Below, piece by piece: positions 38,009 to 49,111 of a stretch of DNA of 64,000 nt. The notes under the pieces are model-generated. The model did not search any database and had not been told where the DNA came from. It saw nothing but the letters and a program-made list of their open reading frames with translations. Origin of the DNA: Chlorokybus atmophyticus (Eukaryota > Plantae > Mesostigma and Chlorokybus algae); the NCBI GenBank assembly GCA_009103225.1, contig RHPI01003536.1, positions 79,697-143,696 on the forward strand. The letters are read 5' to 3'. A program made the translations under genes and the position numbers. Within the stretch, counting starts at the first letter, position 1, and each line of letters begins with the position of its first letter.

Positions 38009-39102
38009 TCACACCTTTTCACTATTGTGGTCGACAGGCTGTTCCCATTCCAGAGGCAAGATTGCAACAACTGAGCCATCCATTACGCGCACACCCGTGT
38101 CCACCTTCAAGCATTGCCCGTCAAACGCAAGCCTGTTGCAAAACAATGAGTGATGTAATAGTGATGCTCATCACGTTGTGCTCTTCACGCGCATGCACGC
38201 ACGCTTATGCACTCACTTTCTGCCGCTGATGTGGTTGATGACAACCTCTGCCTTCAGCAGCTCTCCCACATAAACAGGTTCTCGGAAGCGGTAGTTCATT
38301 GACGAGTAGGTCACCCCTGGCTGCACATCAACAGCCATGCGTGTGCGTTTTGTATGAATGTATGGTTGCATGCATGGACACAACGCTTACAAACTGCGTG
38401 CAGATGATTGCCGGGAACATGCTAGCGTACAGCAACTCATGCACGGTGCCCTTCACGTGGCCGTACTTTGTTGGGGCGGCATCGTCTCTGCGTGCACACA
38501 TGTTTGGAAGGCCGACAGGCAAGCTTGCAAGGTGCTATCGTCATGTTAAGCCCACGGTTGTGGTGTCAAGCGCAAGGCTGTCACCAAGGGCTGCTTGTTC
38601 ACGTGTGCGTGGGCGTGCATGAGCACACATGTGTCCAGCATGCACCAACAACTAAAAAGCACAAAAAGGAATCATCAAAACAGCATGACTGCTATACCTT
38701 GCGCCAATAGTCTCGACATGAACAGCTGCTGGTTGTCCAGCGCTGCTATGCATGCACAACAGGCAGACATGTATGCCTGCATTCATGCATGCATGCACGC
38801 ATGCATAAAGAAGACACACTCACGCGTGCTCCCACCCACCCACCCACCCACCCACAGCTGTTGGCTCACTCCCGCTCATTGTACCGAACACTGTCTTACA
38901 GATGCATTGGGTTCCAGTCGCCGCTGGCGGCGGCGTACTGCGCCACCTGCTCCGGCCCGAACGCCCGCTCCATCTCATACACCTCACCCACGTTCAGCAG
39001 CGTGCGCCTGGTGAAGCCTGATGGTGAAGCCGGCCTGGCAGCGTAACGCCGCGCCGCTGTCACCCTCCATGCTGACGCCCATGACGACGACGATGCCCTC
39101 AT
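38009..39102 (-). CDS. MaoC-like (R)-enoyl-CoA hydratase/HTD2 paralog A (diverged), 4 exons
   Basis: GDWNPMHL|...TVHELLYASMFPAII|PGVTYSSMNYRFREPVYVGE|...LPLEWEQPVD. Same intron positions as paralog B. Confidence 0.85.
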
Positions 39103-39772
39103 GGCGATCGCCGCCTCCCTCCGCAACGGCACAGGCCAAACCACCAACAGGGCAGGCAGGCAGGCAGGCAGGCAGGCAGGTGCTCCAGCTGCTGCTTGCC
39201 TGCCTGACTAACCGATGGGTGAATGGTTTTGACTGATTGATGGGTTGGCTGAGAAGGGAACAACTGGTTTAAACCACTGCAGTGCGGTTGAAACAAGTTC
39301 ATCGGAAGGCAACAGCAGGGAAAACCATGGCCCGCCATTGCGCTCGCAAGTGCGTACATAAGTCGGGAAGACCAATGCAGTGTATATAAGGGGTATGGTA
39401 CGGTGGCAGCATGCATGGTGTGTATGCACATGTCCACCCAATGCGTAGCTATACCAACATGCCCAGCCCAGGCTTGATGATGCTTGCTCAGCGCTGTAAG
39501 GCACCACCGACTAACTTGTGAAACTGTTCCCAAACTAGCAACACGTTTCACCAATGTTGATCACAACAAGTTCAAGAATTGACTCAGCATGCTTGGTGGC
39601 GTCGCCCTGCTTCAGTCAACGGTTGCCAATGCAAACGCTATGCATGCGTGAGCATGCATGGGCATGACACAGGCATAGAAGTGGTTGAAAGCTACATTGT
39701 AAACTGAAAACTGTACACGCATTGTTGCTGTGCTGTGCTGTGCTTAGTGCTTGCTTTGCGTTCTCAGCTGTT

Positions 39773-39957
39773 CTAACCGTTGCCGTCCTCGTCAACAGGC
39801 TGCTCCCACTCAGGAGGCAGCAGCGCCAGCGCCGTGCCGTCCAGCACGCGAGCGCCAGTCTCGGCCTTGACACACTGCGTGTCAAACGCCACCCTGTGGA
39901 CAACAAAGACGCTGTTCATGCTATCCTAAGCACTGTGCTGATACAAGTAAGCAACAA

Positions 39958-39992
<35 letters not shown>

Positions 39993-40628
39993 GAAGGAGC
40001 AGCAACAAGAAACATGCTGGCTCACTTCCTGCCGCTTATCTGGTGGATCGCCACCTCCGCTATGAGGGCGTCGCCCACGTACACAGGCTCACGGAACCGC
40101 AGGGTCTGGTTCAAGTACACGGCACCTGGCTGTGTGCGTAAAGCACACAATAACGTGCTCAGCATACAAGCACGATGAACTGGCAAACTTGACCGTGTCC
40201 GTGTACGAGATGCTTACAAACTGCGTTGCGATAATGGCTGGAAACATGCCGGCGTACAGAAGCCCGTGCACAATGGGCTTGGCGTAGCCCTGCTCCATGG
40301 CAGCTACCTCATCTCTGTGACAGTACACAAACACACGCACAACCACAAGCATAAGTTTGGGAATGCGCATGCAACTGTCTCGACTTTCAGCCTGGCCATC
40401 ACTAGCCAATATGCTACTGCTGCGTCCTTACAGATGGATCGGGTTCCTGTCGGCTGTGAGGGCTGCAAACTGGGCGACTTGCTCTTGCCCAAACGTCCTC
40501 TCCGTCTCGTAGACGTCTCCGATATTCAGCAGCGTCCGCCTGGTGAAGCCTGCTGGCCCGCCACCCCCGTTGGCCCCGCCGCCACTGCCAGCAAAGGTCG
40601 CCAGGCGCCGCGCCAGCGGCAGCCTCAT
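39773..40628 (-). CDS. MaoC-like (R)-enoyl-CoA hydratase/HTD2 paralog B (canonical), 4 exons, mitochondrial-like presequence
   Basis: FAALTADRNPIHL|DEVAAMEQGYAKPIVHGLLYAGMFPAII|PGAVYLNQTLRFREPVYVGD. Hydratase-2 D-x4-H motif and HG retained. Confidence 0.9.
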
Positions 40629-41121
40629 GCTTGGGCAAGCGCAACTCACCGGCTCAACGCCACTCGGCCTGGCCTGGCCTGGCTTGGCCTGGGTTGGCCT
40701 AGTGCAGAACGCCTTGATTATAAGCATACACGACACGTACGGCATGACCTAGCACCCAGCGAGCATTTTGCAGACAACCTCTCTTGAAGGGTTATTACTA
40801 CATTGCATGGCGTATATGCTTATAGTAGAACCGGCAGATTGCGTCAGCTTCGCCACGTCTGCCCTACCATCTCGGCCACTATTGTGCACAATCGCAGTGT
40901 AGGAGGCGGAGGCGGAGGCGTGTAAAGACGAGGAGCAGGACCATTGTTTCCTTGTGTTTTCCTTACTTTCTTTACTGCTTGTCGGACGCCAGTGGTGGAG
41001 TTTAGCCGTTTGGCTGCTGCTGCTTACGTTGAGCTGTTGTGCCTGGCCTGGTAGACTGGTTCAGTCAGCCTTGCTTGTAGAGCATCAGCTCTGGGCTGCG
41101 TCACGTGACGTCACTCAGCGG

Positions 41122-43257
41122 ATGGCACTGCGCTGCTTGCCGGTAAGCAGGCTACTGGGTCTTGGCAGTCAGGCCATGGATTATGTTGTGTGCGTATGTC
41201 TGTGTGCGTGGCCAGCTTGACAAAGCTCAAGCCTGGCTTGCCAGGTGCAAACAGCAGTCGCAATGGACTTGTCCACGGCGGTGTCGCTCCAGGCTGGTGG
41301 TGGCCAGCGCAGACAGCAGCACAGCTCTAGAGGCCTGACGTTCCAGGCTCCCACCGCTGGAATGTGCGTATTTGTTTGTTTACTTGCTTGCTTGTTGGGG
41401 GGAGAAGNNNNNNNNNNNNNNNNNNNNNNNNNNNNNNNNNNNNNNNNNNNNNNNNNNNNNNNNNNNNNNNNNNNNNNNNNNNNNNNNNNNNNNNNNNNNN
41501 NNNNNNNNNNNNNNNNNNNNNNNNNNNNNNNNNNNNNNNNNNNNNNNNNNNNNNNNNNNNNNNNNNNNNNNNNNNNNNNNNNNNNNNNNNNNNNNNNNNN
41601 NNNNNNNNNGGGGGGAGGGGGCTGTATGTATGTGTATGGCAGTGCTTGTGGGCGCGCGCACGCGCGTGTGTTGGTTCGTGCGTGTCTTGGTCTGCTCTCC
41701 TGTTTGCTGGTCTGCTCGACTTCAGGTGCCTGCGTATTTTGTTTGGGACTTGCTGGCTTTGCTGCTCAGCTGCTTGCCTGTTTATTTGTGTGTCGTGGGG
41801 TAAGTCAGTGTTGTTTGCTGCATGCCTGCGCATAGGAATTGTTGCTGCAAGTACGTCAACTACATACTGATTGTTTTATGAGTCCAACACAGGTGTCGCC
41901 ATGATCACCAATCGGTGTCGTCACTAGTCATGCACATGTACGTTGCTTTTTGGATTGCAATCTTGACTGAAGCAGACACGACTCTTGCAGAAAAGCAGTA
42001 GGTTCCAGTGGGTGGTCCTCCAACAAGCATGCGCAAAGGCTGTCTTTGTCGGCAGCACAGTATGACACTGCAGTCACTGAAGATGAGGCACAAGACCAGG
42101 GCGTAGTGGGTGAACAGCAGGAAGACTTCGGTGCAAGCAAAAGTGATGACAAGCTTACGGCTGAGTCCGTAATGGTAAGTGGAGGAGTACTCGTGCTTGT
42201 CTTCATTGTGCTGTTGGATGCCTGAGAATGTGCGTGCCTCTTCTGCGCTTGCATTTGCCCACAGACTATGAAAACTGTGCGTGCTCTTATGAGAGCGCGT
42301 GTGTATTTTTGTGTACCTGTGTCGGTATGTGTTCATGTGTTGTATTGCGCAGGTGGAAGTAGAAAAGACACAACGCAACGGCCGGCAGTTGCAAGCGACC
42401 ATCAAAGTGGCTGCGCCACTGCGCTCAGTGTGGTCGTGCCTCACAGACTATGCAAATCTGGCCGAGTTCATCCCAAGCCTGGCGCAAAACACGGTTCTCC
42501 AGGAGCGCAGTGATGGTGCCCGCCTTGAACAGGCAAGCATGACATGCATAAGTATGTTGCTACTTGCATGCTACTGTTGATTCTGGTTGAGCCCTATGTC
42601 CTTTTCGCCTGCCATCATGCGCACACAAGTGTGCATGTGAGGTGTACACACGTATGCGTGGTACGTGCATTTGTGCACAGGCGTGTTGTGTGCGTGCGTA
42701 GTTGTGCCCTAGTGCATGTACGCATGTTCATCAGTAAGTGCACTTATAACCATTCTTGCAGATTGGTGAACAGTCAGTTGCTTTGGGCATCAAGTTTCGT
42801 GCTCGGGTCATCGTCGACGTCCAAGAGTCAGCACCGGCCACTGAAGATGGCAATCATGATATTCGCTTCGATATGATTGAAGGCGATTTCCAAGAGTTCT
42901 CTGGAGTATGGAGCATGGAGCAGGTTTGCAACACTCCGCTGGGTTTGTTACTCGCATGCTCTGTTCTCACAACTCACAGTCCTAACATGCTCGGAACTTT
43001 TTACAGGATCTATCTTCAGGAGAGAAGCACACTCTTTTGAAATACTCCGTGCTGGTGAGTCAGTCAACTGTCACAGTTGCGCTTCATGCACGTTGAGTGT
43101 TACTGACGGTTATTGCGCGAAGGTGCGGCCGCAGAGATGGCTGCCTGTGGCTCTGGTGGAGGGTCGAATAAAGCGGGACATGCAGACGAATCTGGTAGCT
43201 GTTGCAGCCGAGGCTGTTGCGCGCGCGAGGAACAGTGACGGTGTCCGTGTTGCTTGA
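41122..43257 (+). CDS. SRPBCC/START-like polyketide cyclase-dehydrase (Coq10/RatA-like) protein; spans gap N 41408-41609, so 5' exons are tentative
   Basis: QLQATIKVAAPLRSVWSCLTDYANLAEFIPSL, IGEQ...KFRARV, IRFDMIEGDFQEFSGVWSM, VRPQRWLPVALVEGRIKRDMQTNL. Confidence 0.85.
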
Positions 43258-44875
43258 ACATGGAGCATTTCTGACTTTTATGATTAATTACATCAACCTG
43301 ATGGGAACAAGTGAGACACCATTTTTACGTGCTGCATGCGTGATCATGAAAACGAGCTGCAGCTCTGCAATGGCAGAGCTGTCATCATGGGAGTTGTGAC
43401 TTCATTACCAACATGCATACTATTCATACAGCATTTAGTGGTTGCTATTGCATGATGGCTTTGCATGTGAAGAAATGTTGCTGTAACACCGCATCTTGTT
43501 TGTGTAGTGGCACACCAGATTTAAAGTTACAACCTCTTCCTATACATACACAAGTGGCATGACGTCCAAATAAGCAAGCAACAACCACAACAATAACAAC
43601 GTGCAGTGGTAGCGTCAGGCACAAATTAGCGTCAGTGTTACGCACCATAATCAAGCAACAACCACAACAAGAGCAATGCGCTGGGCCTGACAGCAGCACA
43701 CCGAACAAAACAGCCAGCAACAAGACGGCTCCGCCCTGGCACAGCAGCGCCACAGTTAGTGAAGTGCTAAGAAAGAGGCTACATGATTATGCCATTTTAT
43801 CCGATACCACTTTGTTGCATTTGAACACATGATGTGCATTCAATCTTCGCTCCCTAATAGCCGGTGGTGGGAAAAGGTAATTGCCATGGTCGGGTATGGT
43901 TAAACAGTAAGCAACACGCAGCATGCTATCAACGATTCAATCATAGTACATACCAACAAAGCCAAGACAACGTCATATGACGTTATTTTATCACAATGAT
44001 AAATTATTCATTACAAGTGTTGAATGCTTGAGAGTATGAAACCGATACCATGATGTCGTTGACCACACCTGACGTACCTTGGCGTATATGTTGATGCACG
44101 GGTGCTGTTGAACATTTCATTTCCATCAACAATTAAAGTGCAATGAAGCGTACCACTGTAAGTGTACAAACATCTTAAATCATGTATGATAACAAGACTT
44201 ATCGTAATATGCTGGCTAATTTTTGCAATGCCAACCCTCGGCACGCACTTCTCCATTGCACTCCATGTGCGCCCCATTGGGCACAGTCGACATTCCGATT
44301 GTCCGAGCCGATTTCGTTCGTCAATTGCTAGTATCTTATCAACTCATTAATTGCCAGCGGCGACAAGACCCATCAGCTGCCAGCGCTTACATCCACCAGT
44401 TATGTAAGGGTTGATGGCGGCAAACTGCGCCAACAGCTTTCATAAGGCAACCGTAATGCGGCAATTGCCAGTGAGTTGCAAGTAAGCGGATTGGCGCGAA
44501 AGAGGCGGTGGCACACTCAAGACTGCCAAGCCTTCACCAGACCAACATAAACCGTGTGCATCCATATGCAAGGACAGTGCTATGACACACAGCAAAGCCA
44601 AATACACACGAGGTTGAGGAAGGGGACGGCGGACACAAAGGAGAAGTCAGCGTTAAACTGCTACCAAGCAAGCAAAGAATAGTGTGCTAGGCCCTTCAGC
44701 AACACTTGCGTGACGTGCGAAGCAGTGGCAAGAAATGTTGACTACTTACAACCTTGTTTTGTATACTTTTATTATACTCTCAATGTTGCATCTTCCCACT
44801 CTTGTGCTCGGTCTTGCGTACGCGTGCTCGTGCTGTTCACGTGGGTGCGATCACTGCCCCCGTTTCTTGCGACGC

Positions 44876-45221
44876 TGTAAAGAGACTAGAGGGGGTGTGC
44901 CCCCTCCTCCCTTTAATCCCCTACCCCAACACCACCACCAGCCACGACGCCACCGCCGCCGCCGCCAGGGGAATCTGCCGGAGCAGAAGATCCCCTGGCT
45001 ATGGCGGCCGCTGCGTTAGCAGCACCGCCATACGGCTGATATCGACATGAGACTCATGTCTCATGTCGATATCAGTGTTACAATTAAGTAACACTACATT
45101 AGGGCCTTAACACTAGGTTAACGGCCCTAATATGGCTTAATAGACTGTATAATCCCGTTGGGACCCTTATTTAATCCTAAATAAGGGCGGGGAACCTCTA
45201 TGGAGGTAGCACACCGTTACA
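44876..45221 (-). repeat. 3' LTR of the chromovirus (346 bp)
   Basis: TGTAAAGAGA...CCGTTACA, adjacent to the PPT. Confidence 0.97.
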
Positions 45222-45235
45222 TTCCCCCCCACTTA
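45222..45235 (-). other. Polypurine tract
   Basis: The minus strand reads TAAGTGGGGGGGAA immediately before the LTR TGTAAC. Confidence 0.9.
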
Positions 45236-45343
45236 GGTTTCAATGTCCTCATTGAAGGGTTAGCAAAGCCCCACCACGAGTAAAGAAACGAAAGCAGTGA
45301 GAGAACCAGGGCCGAAACGGTAAAGATGTCTGCCAGCACCCTT

Positions 45344-48300
45344 TTACCGTTCGCGTGTGGACACCGTACTCCAGTACCCCCGAAGAATCTTTTGGCAGTT
45401 GGTAAGATTCCTTTCGGGCTCCCATGTATTGTGTTCAACACCATACCCTTTCCATTTCACCAAGTAAGACGGCGCGCGTCCGCGCCGGGGCTTACGATGA
45501 CTTAGGACTGCTTCCACCTCATACTCGAAAGTATCGTCGCCATCCACTGCAACGGGGGGTGGAGGAGGTTGAACCCGACCGTCAGAACGATACGGTTTCA
45601 TTACACTCACGTGAAACACATTGTGAATGCGTATTGACTTTGGCAATTCCAAACGATACGCGTGAGTGCCGACCCGATCAATTACCTTGAAAGGGCCTAT
45701 CCAGCGAGGGAAAAACTTGCGGGTACCCACTCCCTTAATGGATATGTTTTTGGTACTTAAAAGCACCGAACAGCCCACATCGTAGCTGGCCTCTCTACGA
45801 TGCGCATCAGCATGGGCTTTTTGTCTGTCTTGCGCTGCGCGCAGACAGTCCTTTGCCAGCGCTAGCCTATCCTGCATGGCCGAAGCCATCTCGCGTGCTG
45901 CAGGTACGCGAGTTATGTCGGTAGCGGGCAACTTGATGTTCGCAGGACTTAGTGGATGCACTCCGTAGTTCAAGAAAAACGGAGTTTCCTGCACACTCTC
46001 TTGCCAAGCATTGTTAATCGCAAACTCAGCCATTGGGAGATAGATATCCCAGTCAGACTGGTTTGGACTCACATAATGCCGAATGGTTTCCTCAATCACT
46101 TGATTGGCGCGCTCTGTCTGACCATCCGTTTGTGGATGATAAGCTGTGCTCATGTTCTGCTGAATATGTAAGAAGCTGCATAGCGACTTCCAGAACTGAG
46201 ACACAAATCGCGGATCGCGATCAGACACAAAGTTGCGAGGCAAACCATGCAACTTAAACACAGAGGCGACAAAAACCATCGCTAACTCACGGGAGCCTAT
46301 TTCCGTGCGGCAAGGGACGATGTGAACCATTTTTGTTAAACGGTCCACAAAAACTGCAACCGCTGTGTGCCCTAATGCTGTCTCAGGGAGCTCAACAATC
46401 AGGTCCATACTCACACTTTCCCACTTGCCATCAGGAACAGGCAAAGGTCGCAGCAACCCAGCGGGTTTCTGACGTAACGGTTTGTCACGCTGACATTTGT
46501 CACACGTGTCAACATATTGCTTTACGTCAACAAGCAACGATGGCCACCAGTACAACTGTTGCGCTGCCTTAGTAGTCTTGCGACCCCCAAAGTGCCCAGC
46601 GTACGGTGGATCATGTACTTCAGCTATGCATTTCATGCGCAACCCAGCATGGTTAGGTATCACCAAGCAGGCGCCCATATAATACAAGTTGTCTCGTTTG
46701 TTAAGCTGTTGCACATTCCCTTGCATCGAGAACCATGGGTCCAAAATATACCCCTGTAAAACAGCTTGTACAAACTCATCATTAGGAGGCAATGTACCTT
46801 GCGTCGCAAGCAAGTGCGCACGCATAACTGCCAACAATGACGGACAGCGACTCAAAGGATCTGCCACATTGGTTTTGCCCGGCCGGTATACCCATTCAAA
46901 AGTAAACCGCGACAGAAACTCATTCCAGCGAGCTTGCCTACGCGACAAGTTTAGCTGTGTTGAGAAGTACACCAATGGGTTGTGATCAGTCACTACTGTG
47001 AACTGAACTCCTTCCAAGTAGCATCGCCAAGTTTCAAGAGCATGCACTATACCCAGCAACTCTTGCTCAGTAGTAGTGTAATTCACCTCTGCTGGGATGA
47101 ATTTTCTACTCTCATAAGCACATGGCCTGCTATCCTGTAGCAATACTGCACCACACCCTAGGGTGGAGGCATCGCTCACCACAGTGAAGCGCTTATCCCA
47201 ATTTGGCAGTGCCAACACTGGTGCTGAGGTTAAAGCCAGCTTCACTTGTTGCATAGCAGCTTCCTGTGCTGCTGTCCAAGAGAATGGGGCATCTTTTCGC
47301 AATAGTTTTGTTAAGGGCATCACAGCCGTAGAGTACCCCATCATAAACTTGCGAAAATAGTTTGCCAACCCCAAGAATGATCGCAACTGATGGATATTCT
47401 TTGGTTGAGGCCAATCCTTTACCACTTGCACTTTGCGAGGGTCAGGTTTGACACCCGCACCACTCACAATATGCCCCAAGAATGGCAACTCTGTCTTGCC
47501 AAAGTCACACTTTGGCAAGTTGGCAAACAAGCGATGTGTTCGCAGTAAAGCAAACACCGCTTCCAGATGCTTTCTGTGCTCCTCTTTTGTTTTACTGAAG
47601 ACAATGATGTCATCCAAGTAAACCATAACATGCTTGCCAAGCATGTTATCAAAGATCTTATTCATTTCCTTCTGAAACACCGCAGGTGCATTTGTCAATC
47701 CAAAAGGTAACACTTTGTATTGATAATGACCTGAAGGTGTTCTGAATGCTGTCTTGTAAACATCAGAAGGGTGAATACGGATTTGATGATAACCGCTTGT
47801 CAAGTCTAGCGTACTGAAGTACGCATTACCCGACAGTTTATCAAACACATCATCAATCCGAGGTAACGGGTATCGATTCTTTACCGTAATCTTGTTTAGA
47901 GCACGATAATCTACACACATGCGCAATTTCCCATTCTTTTTCATCACAAACAAGATGGGTGCGCCAAAGGGTGAAGAACTCGGTTCAATCAATCCCTTTT
48001 CCAATAACTCTTTGATTTGAGTTTCCATTTCCCCCCTCTCATTGGGGCTCAGCCTATATATTGGCCGAAATGGAGGCTCACTATCAGGAATCAGTGGTAT
48101 GGTGTGTCCGACACCTCGATCAGGGGGTAAGCCTGGCAACTCATCTGAGAATATGTCCTGATACTTTTCAATGATGTCTGCAACACCTGCCGTACTGCCT
48201 GGCACAAAGTCATCAGATGACGTTAAGTGCACAAGGAAAGCCGGTGTGTTTTTACGCAACGCACGCTTCACCTGAAGTGCACTGAGAAGCGCAGGGTCTG

Positions 48301-49111
48301 TTTGCTTGTGTTCCAAGCTATGCGACCCTTTTACAGACAACGTTACACGCTTACGACCCTTTTTCACTGTGCACAACCGTGCACCAGTATCCAATGTCAT
48401 TTTAACATTGTCCTGCCATTCCTGTCCTAGTACCACATCAACACCCATTATGTTGATGGACACCACTATGAAGGTGAGATTGGCATGATAATTACCAATC
48501 TTTACCTTCATTTTGATTTCTCCTTTCACTGGTAACGTACCCCCAGCACCGGCAGCTGAAAATGCTGAGGGTTTACACGCTACTTTATTGCGCACAACCC
48601 ATTGTTCCTCAATAAAATTGTGCGTTGCACCAGTGTCAATCAAGAACGAACTGGTTATTCCCTGCATTGTGCCACTAAATGTCCACAACAGAGGCACAAC
48701 CCGTCCTTGAAATGTAGCCAAGAGTCCGTGACTAATGCGAGGGTTGAGTAAAATTGCTGACAATCGCACTGTCCCTGTTTCACGCTTGCTAAATTGCTTT
48801 AACACAGTTCCCCCTCGAGTATGTTTCAACCATGGGCCATGATACTTAGGCACCATTACTACCACACTCAAAGTTCTGTGTTTACTTTGCAACTCAGTCA
48901 AAGTGTGCAACACATTGGTAAGCATGTTAAATTCCACATGTACCAACACACAAGCATTCTCTTCCACTTTTGCAACGTCAAAAAGTGGCAACTTGCTATG
49001 TGTTTGCCATGCGTGTGTCATTACATGCACTTGGGACAGCTCATCAAACCAGTTTGCTAATAACACAAGCAACTGGCCATCAACCACTTTTACATCAGTC
49101 ACGACGTAATC
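45344..49111 (-). CDS. pol: Pol: extra N-terminal domain, aspartic protease, RT, RNase H, integrase, chromodomain; in frame with gag behind a single TAG
   Basis: PR LIDTGATHNFI; RT LRMCVDYRALN, TLDLTSGYHQI, VYLDDIIVF; RH VVSDAS, EQELL, VTDHNPL; IN HDPPYAGHFG...CDKC, SMDL, VSDRD, GQTERAN, WIGPFKV; chromodomain YEVEAVLSHR...YLVKWKGYGVEHNTWEPERNL. No internal stops in 1252 aa. Confidence 0.97.
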   Translation of the reverse strand, partial: DYVVTDVKVVDGQLLVLLANWFDELSQVHVMTHAWQTHSKLPLFDVAKVEENACVLVHVEFNMLTNVLHTLTELQSKHRTLSVVVMVPKYHGPWLKHTRGGTVLKQFSKRETGTVRLSAILLNPRISHGLLATFQGRVVPLLWTFSGTMQGITSSFLIDTGATHNFIEEQWVVRNKVACKPSAFSAAGAGGTLPVKGEIKMKVKIGNYHANLTFIVVSINIMGVDVVLGQEWQDNVKMTLDTGARLCTVKKGRKRVTLSVKGSHSLEHKQTDPALLSALQVKRALRKNTPAFLVHLTSSDDFVPGSTAGVADIIEKYQDIFSDELPGLPPDRGVGHTIPLIPDSEPPFRPIYRLSPNERGEMETQIKELLEKGLIEPSSSPFGAPILFVMKKNGKLRMCVDYRALNKITVKNRYPLPRIDDVFDKLSGNAYFSTLDLTSGYHQIRIHPSDVYKTAFRTPSGHYQYKVLPFGLTNAPAVFQKEMNKIFDNMLGKHVMVYLDDIIVFSKTKEEHRKHLEAVFALLRTHRLFANLPKCDFGKTELPFLGHIVSGAGVKPDPRKVQVVKDWPQPKNIHQLRSFLGLANYFRKFMMGYSTAVMPLTKLLRKDAPFSWTAAQEAAMQQVKLALTSAPVLALPNWDKRFTVVSDASTLGCGAVLLQDSRPCAYESRKFIPAEVNYTTTEQELLGIVHALETWRCYLEGVQFTVVTDHNPLVYFSTQLNLSRRQARWNEFLSRFTFEWVYRPGKTNVADPLSRCPSLLAVMRAHLLATQGTLPPNDEFVQAVLQGYILDPWFSMQGNVQQLNKRDNLYYMGACLVIPNHAGLRMKCIAEVHDPPYAGHFGGRKTTKAAQQLYWWPSLLVDVKQYVDTCDKCQRDKPLRQKPAGLLRPLPVPDGKWESVSMDLIVELPETALGHTAVAVFVDRLTKMVHIVPCRTEIGSRELAMVFVASVFKLHGLPRNFVSDRDPRFVSQFWKSLCSFLHIQQNMSTAYHPQTDGQTERANQVIEETIRHYVSPNQSDWDIYLPMAEFAINNAWQESVQETPFFLNYGVHPLSPANIKLPATDITRVPAAREMASAMQDRLALAKDCLRAAQDRQKAHADAHRREASYDVGCSVLLSTKNISIKGVGTRKFFPRWIGPFKVIDRVGTHAYRLELPKSIRIHNVFHVSVMKPYRSDGRVQPPPPPVAVDGDDTFEYEVEAVLSHRKPRRGRAPSYLVKWKGYGVEHNTWEPERNLTNCQKILRGYWSTVSTRER

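Noticed and set aside
29677-43257. Desaturase, two MaoC hydratases and a cyclase/dehydrase-like protein as a lipid or polyketide biosynthetic cluster
   Set aside because: No PKS/FAS core gene, unrelated genes intervene, and the predicted compartments differ.
44735-45050. ORF ...VKRLEGVCPLLPLIPYPNTTTSH... recurring at 51326, 51900 and 63557
   Set aside because: Antisense reading of GC-rich LTR/leader sequence; the recurrence only reflects LTR identity.
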